A stretch of DNA of 64,000 bases from an uncultured Enterobacterales bacterium (GCA_964424565.1 CAYRIZ010000001.1:27450-91449), one strand, 5' to 3'. Shown: positions 20,516 through 29,661, numbered from the stretch's first letter. Program-made: numbers and translations. The notes: a model not told the origin generated them from the sequence alone.

Positions 20516-22237
20516 ATGCGTACCAGCAAATATCTCTTATCCACCCTTAAGGAAAATCCTGTAGAAGCCGTCGTGGACAGCCATCGTCTGATGCTGCGCG
20601 CCGGCCTGATCCGCCAAATAGCCTCCGGCATTTACACCTGGCTGCCCACCGGCCTGCGGGTGCTGCACAAGGTGGAGCAGGTTATTCGTGAAGAGATGAA
20701 CCGCAAAGGCGCCATAGAGATTGCCATGCCGGTGGTACAGCCGGCCGAACTGTGGCGGGAAAGCGGCCGTTACAGCAAATACGGCCCGGAACTGTGCCGT
20801 CTTAAGGACAGAAAGCTCAATGAATTTGTGCTCGGTCCCACCCACGAGGAAGTGATCACCGCCATAGCCCGCCGCGAGATTAAATCATCCCGGCAGCTGC
20901 CTATGAATCTCTACCAAATTCAGACCAAATTCCGCGATGAAATGCGTCCGCGCTTCGGCATCATGAGAAGCCGTGAGTTCATCATGAAGGATGCCTACTC
21001 CTTCCACATGGATCAGGCCTCGCTGGAGCAGACCTACAATGATATGTATGACGCCTACAGCCGCGTCTTCACCCGTCTGGGCCTGGATTTTCGTGCCGTG
21101 CGGGCCGATACCGGCGCCATAGGCGGCAATCACTCCCATGAGTTCCAGGTACTGGCCGACGCCGGCGAGGATACCATAGTGTTCTCCGACGGCTCGGATT
21201 ATGCCGCCAACATAGAAATGGCCGAGACCATAGAGACGGCAGAGCGCCCCGCTCCCGGTGAGCCTTATGCCAAAGCCGCCACTCCGGGCTGCCACACGGT
21301 GGATGAAGCCGCTGCGGCTCTGGGCATTGAGTCCAATCAGGTCCTCAAGAGCCTGATCGTGCGCGGTGAGCCTGATGCCGACGGCCACTATGAGCTCATC
21401 ATGCTCTGCCTCAAGGGCAATCAGGAGCTCAATGAAGTCAAGGCCGGTCATATCCCCGGCGTGGCCGATCCTGTGGTCTTTGCCGGCGATGAGGAAATTG
21501 CCGCCTTTACCGGCTCCCATACCGGCTCTCTGGGCCCGGTGGGCTTCCGCGGCCGCATCATAGTAGACCGGGCTGCCGCCCTGATGGGCAACTTTGCCTG
21601 CGGCGCCAACGAGGACGGCTTCCACCTCATCAATGTCAACTGGGATCGCGATATAGAGCATTATGAGACTGCAGACTTGCGCAATGTAGAGGAAGGCGAT
21701 TTAAGCCCGGACGGCAAAGGCCGCCTGCATCTGCGCAAGGGCATTGAGGTAGGTCAGGTCTTCATGCTCGGCACCAAGTACTCGCAGGCCATGAACTGCA
21801 CCGTGATGGATGAAAAAGGCGAATCCATACCCATGGTCATGGGCTGCTACGGCATAGGCGTAACCCGCGTGATTGCCGCGGCCATAGAGCAGCATCACGA
21901 CGAGCGCGGCATAGTCTGGCCGGCCGGCATGGCTCCTTTTGATGTTTCCATCATAGCCATCAAGCCTGGCAAATGCCCGCAGGTGCATGAAGAGGCCGAA
22001 AAGCTCTACGCTGCCCTGGAAGAACTCGGCGTGGAAGTGCTGTATGACGACAGAGACGAGCGTCCGGGCGTGATGTTTGCCGATACCGAGCTCATAGGCA
22101 TTCCGCATATCATCACCGTAGGCGAGAAGTCCCTCAAGGCCGGAGAGATCGAATACAAGGACAGACGCACCGGCACCAGAGTGCAGGTAAACAAGGATGA
22201 GATCTTAAACTTCATCAAGGAAAAGCTCGGGCTGTAA
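20516..22237 (+). CDS. proS: Proline--tRNA ligase
   Basis: 573 aa. [44 protein letters not shown] and the class II motifs plus INS editing domain layout of bacterial ProRS. Confidence 0.97.
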   Translation: MRTSKYLLSTLKENPVEAVVDSHRLMLRAGLIRQIASGIYTWLPTGLRVLHKVEQVIREEMNRKGAIEIAMPVVQPAELWRESGRYSKYGPELCRLKDRKLNEFVLGPTHEEVITAIARREIKSSRQLPMNLYQIQTKFRDEMRPRFGIMRSREFIMKDAYSFHMDQASLEQTYNDMYDAYSRVFTRLGLDFRAVRADTGAIGGNHSHEFQVLADAGEDTIVFSDGSDYAANIEMAETIETAERPAPGEPYAKAATPGCHTVDEAAAALGIESNQVLKSLIVRGEPDADGHYELIMLCLKGNQELNEVKAGHIPGVADPVVFAGDEEIAAFTGSHTGSLGPVGFRGRIIVDRAAALMGNFACGANEDGFHLINVNWDRDIEHYETADLRNVEEGDLSPDGKGRLHLRKGIEVGQVFMLGTKYSQAMNCTVMDEKGESIPMVMGCYGIGVTRVIAAAIEQHHDERGIVWPAGMAPFDVSIIAIKPGKCPQVHEEAEKLYAALEELGVEVLYDDRDERPGVMFADTELIGIPHIITVGEKSLKAGEIEYKDRRTGTRVQVNKDEILNFIKEKLGL

Positions 22238-22317
22238 TGCAGCCTGAGGGCGCATCCATTCCTGTCTCCTGCAGATATCAGTACGCCGGTCCCCGGCGGC
22301 TGCAGGAGATCACAGAG

Positions 22318-22353
22318 GCGGCCTGCCTGCTGCGGCAGCGCCGCTTTTCTTTT
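22318..22353 (+). terminator. Rho-independent terminator of proS
   Basis: gcggcctgcc (22318..22327) pairs with ggcag-c-gccgc (22334..22344): 10 bp with one bulge and a 6 nt loop, followed by TTTTCTTTT (22345..22353). Confidence 0.6.
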
Positions 22354-22467
22354 GCTCGGCCTCCAGCTCCTGCCAGAACTCTTCATGCAGGCCTTGATTT
22401 GCAGCCGCCAGTCCTCAGTCAAACTCAAACCTACTGTAAAAGCCATATTTCCGCCCCCTGAAGCTGT

Positions 22468-22489
22468 GTGAGTGATCTCAATCACATTT
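22468..22489. promoter_or_regulatory. CRP (cAMP receptor protein) binding site upstream of mglB
   Basis: gtgAGTGATCTCAATCACATTT against the consensus aaaTGTGATCTAGATCACATTT. Both half-sites are essentially intact with a 6 bp spacer. Confidence 0.55.
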
Positions 22490-22495
22490 ATAAAA

Positions 22496-22511
22496 TGTAA
22501 ACGGTATCACA
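22496..22511. promoter_or_regulatory. Second CRP-like site, or possibly a LacI/GalR-type operator
   Basis: TGTAAacggtaTCACA matches TGTGA-N6-TCACA at 9/10. TGTAAACG also resembles a Gal-repressor half-site, but the dyad symmetry for that reading is weak. Confidence 0.35.
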
Positions 22512-22702
22512 AACATGAAAACGGCAAAATGAAAACCGCATGGGAATGCGGTCTGGCGCAAAAATGGATCATGTAACTGTAATTTATTTTGGTTACACTC
22601 ATTAATTTATTTGTCTGAAAAAATATGCGCAGCTTCTCATTTTTATCAAACATTAATTCGTAGTATGCGGCTCATAAAGTCTTTTATTGTGGAGTGTGTA
22701 GT

Positions 22703-23722
22703 ATGAAAAAGACCCTAACTGCTCTGGCCGCCGGGGTAATGCTGGCCGCAGTGACTGCCTCAGCCCATGCTGACGAGGATGTGCTCATTGGTTCCTGCAT
22801 CTACAAATTTGATGACACCTTCATGACCGGGGTGCGCATCAACATGCAGAAGGCAGCCGAGGAAGCCGGTGCCGAAATTGAGCTGGTGGATTCCCAGAAC
22901 CGCCAGCCGGCCCAGAACGATCAGGTAGACACCTTCATTACCAAGGGAGTGACCGCCCTGGTGATCAACCCGGTGGACAGAAGCGCTGCCGGCCCGCTGG
23001 TGGACAAGGCCAAGGCCGCCGAGCTGCCCATTATCTTCATCAACCGCGAGCCGGATCGTGATCTGCTCGACAAGTGGGATCAGGCCTGGTATGTGGGTGC
23101 CAAGGCCGAGGAGTCCGGCACCATAGGCGGTCAGCTCATAGCAGAGTACTTCAAGGCTCATCCTGAAGCCGACAAGAACGGCGATGGTGTGCTGCAGTAC
23201 ATCTTAATCAAGGGCGAACAGGGCCATCAGGATGCCACCCTGCGTTCAGAGTACTGCGTCAAGGCCATGCTGGATGCCGGCATCAAGATCGAGGAGATCG
23301 GATCCGACAATGCCAACTGGGACAAGGTGCAGGGCCACGACAAGATGAAGAACTTCATCACCTCCAAGGGCATAGAGTCCATTGAAGCCGTGCTGGCCAA
23401 CAATGACGACATGGCTCTGGGCGCCATTGAGGCCCTGAAGTCAGAAGGCTACAACACCGGCACTGATCCCAGCAAATTCATTCCCGTAGTGGGTGTGGAT
23501 GCCACTGCCCCGGCCCTGCAGGCCATAGCCAATGGCCAGATGCTGGGCACTTCCCTCAATGACGCCCACAATCAGGGCACCGCCGCCGTACGCATAGCCG
23601 TGCAGGCTTCCAAGGGAGAGCCGGTAACAGATGAAACCATAGGCTACAAGATCACCGACGGCAGGTATGTGTGGATTCCTTACGTCAGAGTAACCCAGGA
23701 AAACTACAAGGATTTCATGTAA
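22703..23722 (+). CDS. mglB: Galactose/glucose ABC transporter periplasmic binding protein
   Basis: MKKTLTALAAGVMLAAVTASAHA signal. IGSCIYKFDDTFMTGVR, QNDQVDTFITKGVTALVINPVD, KGEQGHQDATLRSEY, ANNDDMALGAIEALK and LNDAHNQG align with E. coli MglB. Confidence 0.92.
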   Translation: MKKTLTALAAGVMLAAVTASAHADEDVLIGSCIYKFDDTFMTGVRINMQKAAEEAGAEIELVDSQNRQPAQNDQVDTFITKGVTALVINPVDRSAAGPLVDKAKAAELPIIFINREPDRDLLDKWDQAWYVGAKAEESGTIGGQLIAEYFKAHPEADKNGDGVLQYILIKGEQGHQDATLRSEYCVKAMLDAGIKIEEIGSDNANWDKVQGHDKMKNFITSKGIESIEAVLANNDDMALGAIEALKSEGYNTGTDPSKFIPVVGVDATAPALQAIANGQMLGTSLNDAHNQGTAAVRIAVQASKGEPVTDETIGYKITDGRYVWIPYVRVTQENYKDFM

Positions 23723-23757
23723 TCCCAGGATCCCAGGGTTCAGAGAAACAGCCATCG

Positions 23758-23782
23758 CCCCCTGCTCTGTGCAGGGGGTTTT
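23758..23782 (+). terminator. Intercistronic hairpin/attenuator between mglB and mglA
   Basis: ccccctgc (23758..23765) pairs with gcaggggg (23771..23778) across a 5 nt loop, followed by TTTT. Confidence 0.55.
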
Positions 23783-23805
23783 AGTCAGATTGTGAGGAAC
23801 ACTGC

Positions 23806-25305
23806 ATGTCAGAATACGTGCTGGAGATGAACGACATAGTCAAGCGTTTCCCCGGCGTGCTGGCCCTAAATCATGCCAACCTGAAGGTCAGGCCTGGCAC
23901 GGTACACGCCCTGATGGGCGAAAACGGCGCCGGCAAATCCACGCTGATGAAATGTCTGTTCGGTCTGTATCACCCCGATGAGGGTGAGATCATTTATGAC
24001 GGCCGCAAAATCACCGATATTCCCAACACCAAAGCCGCCCTGGCCATGGGTATTACCATGATTCATCAGGAGCTGCACCCCATACGCTTCAGACCGGTGA
24101 TGGAAAATGTCTGGATTGGCCGTTTTCCCAAAAAAATGGGCTTTGTCGATCACGACAAGATGTACCGCGATACGGTGGAGCTGTTTGCGCGCATAGGCCT
24201 GAATGTAGATCCCAAGGCTTTGGCCGGCACGGTATCTCCGTCCAACCTGCAGCTGGTGGAAATAGCCCGCGCCATATCCTACAACGCCAAGATCATCATC
24301 ATGGACGAGCCCACCTCGTCGCTGACGGAAAATGAAGTTGAATATTTGTTCAACATCATCAATCAGCTGCGCTCCGAGGGCCGCTCCATTATCTACATCT
24401 CCCACAAGATGGAGGAGATCCTGCGCATCTCCGACGATGTGACCATCATGCGTGACGGTCAGTATGTAGGAACCTGGCAGGCTCGGGACATAGACGAGGA
24501 CTTCATCATCCGCCACATGGTGGGCCGCGATTTGACCCACCGCTTCCCCGTCCATGAGGGCGGCTCCTCCTCCGAGGTGGTCCTGAAGGTGGAGCATTTG
24601 AGTTCAGCTGCCGTCCGCTCCTTTGAGGATGTCAGCTTTGAGCTGCACCGAGGAGAGCTGCTGGGCATAGGCGGCCTGGTGGGAGCCCAGCGCACCGAGC
24701 TGGTGGAAAGCATTTTCGGGCTGCGTCCGGTGCGGGAGGGCAAAATTTACAAAAACGGGCAGGAGATCCACATCAAATCGGTACGCGATGCCAAAAAGCA
24801 CGGCATAGCCCTGCTGACTGAAGAGCGCCGGCAGACCGGTATTTTCGGCATCCTCTCCATATTGGACAATACCCTCATAGCCGCTCAGTCATCCTTTTCC
24901 CATCTGGGCATTCTGGACAATTCCAGACGCACGCCGGCAGCCGCCGAGGCCTGCCGGGAGCTCAATGTGAAGATGCCCGGGCTGCAGACGCCGATCAAAA
25001 ACCTCTCCGGCGGCAATCAGCAGAAGGTCCTGATTGCCCGCTGGCTGCTGACCCACTCAGACATCATCATTTTCGATGAGCCTACCCGCGGCATTGACGT
25101 AGGTGCCAAATACGAAATCTATACCCTGATGCTCGAGCAGCTCAAACAGGGCAGATCCATCATCATGATCTCCTCTGAAATGCCTGAGCTCATGGGTATG
25201 TCCGACCGCATCATGGTGATGTGTGAAGGTCATGTCACCGGTTTCGTGGATAAAGAACATTTTGACCAGGTGGAAATCATGCGCCTGGCTTCCTCATTCA
25301 AATAA
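23806..25305 (+). CDS. mglA: Galactose/methyl-galactoside ABC transporter ATP-binding protein
   Basis: 499 aa with duplicated ABC domains. GENGAGKSTLMKCLFG, IIIMDEPTSSL, LSGGNQQKVLIARWL and FDEPTRGIDVGAK. Confidence 0.93.
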   Translation: MSEYVLEMNDIVKRFPGVLALNHANLKVRPGTVHALMGENGAGKSTLMKCLFGLYHPDEGEIIYDGRKITDIPNTKAALAMGITMIHQELHPIRFRPVMENVWIGRFPKKMGFVDHDKMYRDTVELFARIGLNVDPKALAGTVSPSNLQLVEIARAISYNAKIIIMDEPTSSLTENEVEYLFNIINQLRSEGRSIIYISHKMEEILRISDDVTIMRDGQYVGTWQARDIDEDFIIRHMVGRDLTHRFPVHEGGSSSEVVLKVEHLSSAAVRSFEDVSFELHRGELLGIGGLVGAQRTELVESIFGLRPVREGKIYKNGQEIHIKSVRDAKKHGIALLTEERRQTGIFGILSILDNTLIAAQSSFSHLGILDNSRRTPAAAEACRELNVKMPGLQTPIKNLSGGNQQKVLIARWLLTHSDIIIFDEPTRGIDVGAKYEIYTLMLEQLKQGRSIIMISSEMPELMGMSDRIMVMCEGHVTGFVDKEHFDQVEIMRLASSFK

Positions 25306-25314
25306 GGAGCTCTT

Positions 25315-26535
25315 ATGTCCAGTGTTATCACTAGAAGCAGCTATCGCAAAACCCTGACCGGTATCGGCGCCCTGGTGCTGCTGGCCGGCCTGGCACTGTA
25401 TTTTGCCCAGATCAAGAGAATCTATGACCTGCCGATCATCATGATGATCGCCGGTGCCTGGATATTTCTGCAGAACCTCTATCGTCTCTACAAACCGGGA
25501 GCGGCCTGTCAGGATATAGAACTCAACTCCAAGACCCTGAACAACATACTGACCAACTATGCCATCATCATAGCCATGGTGGTGCTGGTCTTCATCATCT
25601 GCGTCCTGCAGCCGCGTTTCATGCAAATTCGCGTGGTACTGGACATCATGACGCAGTCCTCGACCAAGCTCATTATCGCACTGGGCATCTGCTTTACCCT
25701 GATCATAGCAGGTTGCGATCTGTCAGCCGGCCGCATAGTGGGTCTGGCCGCCGTGGTTTCCACCTCCATGCTGCAGACCCCGGACTACGCCAACCGCTTC
25801 TTCCCGGAGCTGGCGCAGCTGCCGCTGTTTGTGCCCATAGTGATTGCCATATTGATCTGTATGGTGTTTGGTGCCCTCAACGGCTTCCTGGTAGCCCAGT
25901 ATGAGATGCATCCCTTTATTGCCACGCTTGCCACTTCGGTGATCGTCTACGGCAGCTGCTCGCTGTATTTCGACCTGCCGCCCAACAATTCCCAGCCCAT
26001 AGGCGGTGTGCGTCCGGACTTTGCGGCTTTGGGTCAGACCAAGTTCTTCCAGTCAGGATCCTTCCCCGGCATTTCCATACTGATCCCCATAGCCGCGCTG
26101 ATCACCGTCTTCATCTGGTTTGTGCTCAACAAGACCGTGTTCGGCAAGAATGTCTATGCCATAGGCGGCAACCGGGAGGCGGCAGTGGTGGCCGGCGTAA
26201 ACGTCTACCTGACCAACCTCTTCATCTTTGTGCTGGCAGCCGCGCTTTACGGTATAGCCGGTGTCCTCGAGGCGGCCCGTACAGCCGGTGCCACCAATCA
26301 GTACGGTCAGGGCTATGAGCTTGATGCCATAGCCGCCTGTGTGGTGGGCGGTGTCTCCCTGATGGGCGGTATTGCCACGGTATCAGGCATCATAGCCGGT
26401 GTGTTCGTGTTCACCATCATTCAGTACGGCCTGCAGTTCATCTCCGTGTCCCCTATGTGGCAGCAGGTGATCAAGGGCATTATTATTGCCGTGGCCGTGG
26501 CCATTGATATGGGCAAGTACCGCCGCAAGGTCTGA
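25315..26535 (+). CDS. mglC: Galactose/methyl-galactoside ABC transporter permease with an N-terminal extension of about 70 aa
   Basis: From about residue 75 it aligns with E. coli MglC (GCDLSAGRIVGLAAVVSTSMLQ, FGKNVYAIGGNREAAVVAGVNV, YELDAIAACVVGGVS). 406 aa versus 336 aa in E. coli; the extra N-terminal part holds two further hydrophobic helices. Confidence 0.9.
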   Translation: MSSVITRSSYRKTLTGIGALVLLAGLALYFAQIKRIYDLPIIMMIAGAWIFLQNLYRLYKPGAACQDIELNSKTLNNILTNYAIIIAMVVLVFIICVLQPRFMQIRVVLDIMTQSSTKLIIALGICFTLIIAGCDLSAGRIVGLAAVVSTSMLQTPDYANRFFPELAQLPLFVPIVIAILICMVFGALNGFLVAQYEMHPFIATLATSVIVYGSCSLYFDLPPNNSQPIGGVRPDFAALGQTKFFQSGSFPGISILIPIAALITVFIWFVLNKTVFGKNVYAIGGNREAAVVAGVNVYLTNLFIFVLAAALYGIAGVLEAARTAGATNQYGQGYELDAIAACVVGGVSLMGGIATVSGIIAGVFVFTIIQYGLQFISVSPMWQQVIKGIIIAVAVAIDMGKYRRKV

Positions 26536-26625
26536 TCCTTCCCCCGGCCCGGGACTGCAGCACAGCCTCTGGATGCTGCAGGCAGGAAAACCCGGGCTGA
26601 TACAAAAGAGCAAAGATCAGAGCAT

Positions 26626-26668
26626 AAAAAAAGCACCTGATTCCGCCATGAAATACACAGAATCAGGT
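26626..26668 (-). terminator. Rho-independent terminator downstream of the RHH gene
   Basis: acctgattc (26635..26643) pairs with gaatcaggt (26660..26668): a 9 bp stem with a 16 nt loop. The A7 run at 26626..26632 is a U-tract on the minus-strand transcript. Confidence 0.5.
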
Positions 26669-26742
26669 ACTCTTATGCTTCTATATGGAAATTGGAAATT
26701 TGGGAGCGCAGCTGCTGCGCTTGTACAGGATCCGGCTTCCGT

Positions 26743-27045
26743 TCAGTCGGAGCCAGGATCTGTAGCCGGAACAGCTGTGTATACGGCGGCATCTTTTTCT
26801 TCTGCCGCTGTATTTTCATGGATGGACAGATCGATAGCCTGCAGCTGCAGTTCGGCGTATCTTTCCAAAGCAATTTCCACCAGATAACGACTGATACTTC
26901 TGCCCTGACGCTTGGCCAGAGCGCGGATCATGGCTTCTTCCTGTTCAGTACAGGAAATAACCAGGCGTCCGCAGTGTGGAGTCCCTCTTGCATAACTACC
27001 CTTGGGACGACCTTTGGGGCGGCCGATAGTTTTCTTCTCGCCCAT
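26743..27045 (-). CDS. Ribbon-helix-helix (CopG/MobC-like) DNA-binding protein
   Basis: 100 aa from ATG 27045 with a strong SD (GGGGAGAGGA). Basic N-terminal GRPKGRPKG, then an RHH-like pattern RLVISCTEQEEAMIRALAKRQGRSISRYLVEIALE, as in relaxosome accessory proteins or antitoxins. Confidence 0.55.
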   Translation of the reverse strand: MGEKKTIGRPKGRPKGSYARGTPHCGRLVISCTEQEEAMIRALAKRQGRSISRYLVEIALERYAELQLQAIDLSIHENTAAEEKDAAVYTAVPATDPGSD

Positions 27046-27548
27046 GTTTCCTCTCCCCCTGTGAATGTGTGCAGACACAGCAAAGTGCATCTGCTGACAA
27101 TCAGACCATTTCTATGATAAGGCTTTTTACTAAAAAATTCCCGCAAAATCAAATGTTTATATAAGAGTTTTTGGCAAAAATTTTCAGCAGTTGCCCAGGG
27201 CTTACCCGCCTATTTAGTTTAATATCAACGAAAAAGGCCGAACCGGCAGAATTGATCAGACGAAAGCAGGTATTTGCGCGCCAAGGGCTGTGCACCATTA
27301 CAGGGCAGTGCAGCAGACTATTTTTCAGGTATTGATCCAAAACTCTCAGATTGGCCCCAAAAGAGCAGAATTTGGCAGCAGATGCACCTTGACGGCCGGC
27401 AGCCGCCCGGATTAAATAAAATTGCTGAATTTATTGTGGTCCGTCTTCAGCCCCCGGCCGGGACAGCCTGCCGCCGGCGCCTGAAGCATGGAGTGTTTTC
27501 CCTTAGTATAAGTAAGGAGGAAGGTCCGCCTGCGCGGCCTTAAAGAAG

Positions 27549-28139
27549 ATGAGTGATTTTCTGCAGGATGTGCCTCTCAATAAAGCTTACCGCTTAATGA
27601 ACCTGGGTGCCACCGCTCTGATTTCCGCCGCCCACGACGGCAGGGAAGACGTGATGCCTGCTACCTGGAACTGCCCGCTCGATCTGTCTCCGTGCAAGTG
27701 CACCGTGGTGATTGACAAGAGCCACTACACCCGCCCGCTGATGGAGCAGAGCGGCTTTTTTGCCGTGAGTATACCTGCCGTGAGCATAGTGCAGCAGGTG
27801 ATGAAGCTGGGCACGGTCAGCAAAAATGACGATCCCCTGAAACTGGAGCATTCAGGCGCCAAATTCTTCAAGCTGCCTGGCTTTGACATGCCGCTGACTG
27901 AAGGCTGTGTAGCCCACCTGATCTTCAAGATCCTGCCCGAGCCTCATGTGCAGCAGGCCTATGATTTGTTCTTGGGCGAATGCGTCAAGGCCGTGGCTGA
28001 CAGCCGGGTCTTCCGGGGCGGCCACTACTACTACGATGACAGCACCCGCGATCTGCGCACCCTGCATTATGTGGCCGGCGGTCACTTCTATGCTCTGGGC
28101 GATGAGATCATGCTGGACGAATACGGTCTGGAGGAGTAA
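27549..28139 (+). CDS. Flavin reductase-like (FMN-binding split-barrel) protein
   Basis: 196 aa. LGATALISAAHDGREDVMPATWNCPLDLSPCKCTVVIDKSHYTRPLMEQSGFFAVSIP is typical of the flavin_reduct domain. Confidence 0.75.
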   Translation: MSDFLQDVPLNKAYRLMNLGATALISAAHDGREDVMPATWNCPLDLSPCKCTVVIDKSHYTRPLMEQSGFFAVSIPAVSIVQQVMKLGTVSKNDDPLKLEHSGAKFFKLPGFDMPLTEGCVAHLIFKILPEPHVQQAYDLFLGECVKAVADSRVFRGGHYYYDDSTRDLRTLHYVAGGHFYALGDEIMLDEYGLEE

Positions 28140-28218
28140 GGCTCTTCTGCTCCTGCCCCTACTTTCCACTGAGCTTTTGCTCTCAGTCCGGCCGGCACGA
28201 TAAAGGTGCACGGCCGCA

Positions 28219-28262
28219 GGCAGTCTGCGCAGGCAGATCAGATCAACTTGCCGCAGACTGCC
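28219..28262. repeat. Perfect 11 bp inverted repeat (GGCAGTCTGCG / CGCAGACTGCC) with a 22 nt spacer
   Basis: Read directly. Left arm 28219..28229, right arm 28252..28262, about 110 nt upstream of the SSB-like gene. Confidence 0.7.
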
Positions 28263-28370
28263 CCCTCCTGCATTTTCGTGCCCTGCAGCGGCTGTGTCTT
28301 TTGTATGCTGAAACTGCGCGGGAGATCTCAGGTCTCCCCCCGGGTTCAACACAGACCAAAGGAGTTTGCT

Positions 28371-28931
28371 ATGCAGTCGCTCAATTTAGTTATCCTGCGC
28401 GGCACCGTAACGCAGCATCATTTGATCAGCCACAGCCGCAGCCGTGGTCAGGCTGTACTGAGCTTCAGGCTGGCCACCTGCGAGCGCTGGGGCCGCAGTG
28501 GTTTTCTGCATCATGAGTATCATCAGCTGCTGCTGCGCGACAGCGGCGGCTTCCGCAAATACAGTCAGTACGGCCGGCATGTCAGGGAAGGTGCCCTGCT
28601 GCTGGCCGAGGGCGTGCTGAGGCATCACAGCACCGGCGGCAGCAGCACCTTTATAGACTGTCTGCGCATAGTGCCGCAGCAGACCACACCCTCAGCCGCG
28701 GAAAGTGCCCCCTTAACCTGCCGCGATCTGCCGGCCCTGCAGAAGCTGAGCGCCAGGCCGGAACTGATCCATACCCTGTGCGCCGCCGGACTGAGTGCAG
28801 AGGAAATCAGAGTGCTTTGTCTGCTGCTGCAGACCACTCAGGTGCAGCTGCAGGCGCAGGCTCGGGAAGAACAAGCGGCCAATGACACCGCTGCGCCGCA
28901 AAATCCACACAAAGACGACAGCGCCGCTTAA
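28371..28931 (+). CDS. SSB-like OB-fold protein with an unrelated C-terminal half and no acidic tip
   Basis: Start at ATG 28371 (SD AAAGGAG 8 nt upstream). MQSLNLVILRGTVTQHHLISHSRSRGQAVLSFRLATCERWGRSGFLHHEYHQLLLRDSGGFRKYSQYGRHVREGALLLAEGVL follows the SSB pattern (N.V.L.G.l...p.......G..v..F.lA......... e.h.vv.fg..A....yl.kG..v.veG.L). The C-terminus ends ...PQNPHKDDSAA, not in D-D-D-I-P-F. Confidence 0.5.
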   Translation: MQSLNLVILRGTVTQHHLISHSRSRGQAVLSFRLATCERWGRSGFLHHEYHQLLLRDSGGFRKYSQYGRHVREGALLLAEGVLRHHSTGGSSTFIDCLRIVPQQTTPSAAESAPLTCRDLPALQKLSARPELIHTLCAAGLSAEEIRVLCLLLQTTQVQLQAQAREEQAANDTAAPQNPHKDDSAA

Positions 28932-28969
28932 GTCAGGATGAAGCCGGAACAGGGGAAAACAGAGAGGAA

Positions 28970-29044
28970 TGGCGGCCCCAGGAGGAATCGAACCTTCAAC
29001 TAACCCTTAGGAGGGGCTTGTTATATCCATTTAACTATGAGGCC
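28970..29044 (-). tRNA. argW: tRNA-Arg (anticodon CCU)
   Basis: Hand-folded 75 nt cloverleaf: acceptor GGCCUCA/UGGGGCC (one G-U), D arm GUUA-AAUGGAUA-UAAC, anticodon arm AGCCC-CUCCUAA-GGGUU, 4 nt variable loop, T arm GAAGG-UUCGAUU-CCUCC (one A-C mismatch), encoded G-CCA end. Very similar to my recollection of E. coli argW. Confidence 0.88.
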
Positions 29045-29127
29045 GCGCCATGGCGGCTATTGTAGCAGGTTTAGCCTCAATTGCAATAATGCGCCCTGCC
29101 CGGCTGCCGCCAGGCAGGCCCGGGAGT

Positions 29128-29661
29128 TTACTGGGCGTTTTCGGCGCTGCGGCGGCGGAATATAGCCTCAATCAGGGTCTGCTCACGCTGTTCTGCCTTG
29201 GCAACAGTGACGAAATAGCGGTCGCTTTGCTGCAGGATGCAGAAGCTGTAGATGCCGTCCTGACGCGGGTAGTAGCGCAGCTCCTCAAAGCGGGAAGAGG
29301 GATTGAGCTCCTGCGGGGCCGAGCCGTCGCGCAGTATGCCCGGCGGGGCGGCATAACCGAAATTGGAACCCTCGCTCCAGTCGGCATCGGCAAACTTGAA
29401 GCGGTAAGGAGACCAGTCGGCGCGCAGCGGGGCGGCGGTGCAGTAGGCACCGTCACTGCGTTTGATCAGCTGATATGAAGACAGCGCGGCATAATCATTC
29501 ATCTCACCGCGCAGATAAATCGTTTTGCCCTGCGGGGCAAAAACCTCCACCGCCGCAAGTCCGGGGAGGAGGTTGTCATCGGAGCTGCTGTCACTGCTGC
29601 AGCCGGCAGTCAGTACTGCCAGCACGGCCGCGGCAGCAGCTGAGGTAAAAAATTTCTGCAT
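29128..29661 (-). CDS. Hypothetical lipoprotein, possibly carbohydrate-binding
   Basis: MQKFFTSAAAAAVLAVLTAGCSS signal and lipobox-like sequence. The mature part (TIYLRGEMNDYAAL..., YRFKFADADWSEGSNFG) resembles beta-sandwich sugar-binding modules of amylolytic enzymes, but that is only an impression. Start at ATG 29661. Confidence 0.5.
   Translation of the reverse strand: MQKFFTSAAAAAVLAVLTAGCSSDSSSDDNLLPGLAAVEVFAPQGKTIYLRGEMNDYAALSSYQLIKRSDGAYCTAAPLRADWSPYRFKFADADWSEGSNFGYAAPPGILRDGSAPQELNPSSRFEELRYYPRQDGIYSFCILQQSDRYFVTVAKAEQREQTLIEAIFRRRSAENAQ

Noticed and set aside
28206-28370. The long N-terminal extension of the SSB-like ORF (track start 28206)
   Set aside because: The extension is Cys/Pro-rich and non-conserved-looking, and it contains the 11 bp inverted repeat. 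ATG 28371 has a canonical AAAGGAG SD, and the OB-fold pattern starts right there.
26536-28969. Search for a direct repeat of the tRNA-Arg 3' end (att site) and for an integrase
   Set aside because: By eye, the only match to tggcggccccaggaggaatcgaacc is a trivial 8-mer (aggaggaa at about 27515). No integrase or recombinase ORF is present. The mobile-element interpretation therefore stays a hypothesis, not a feature call.
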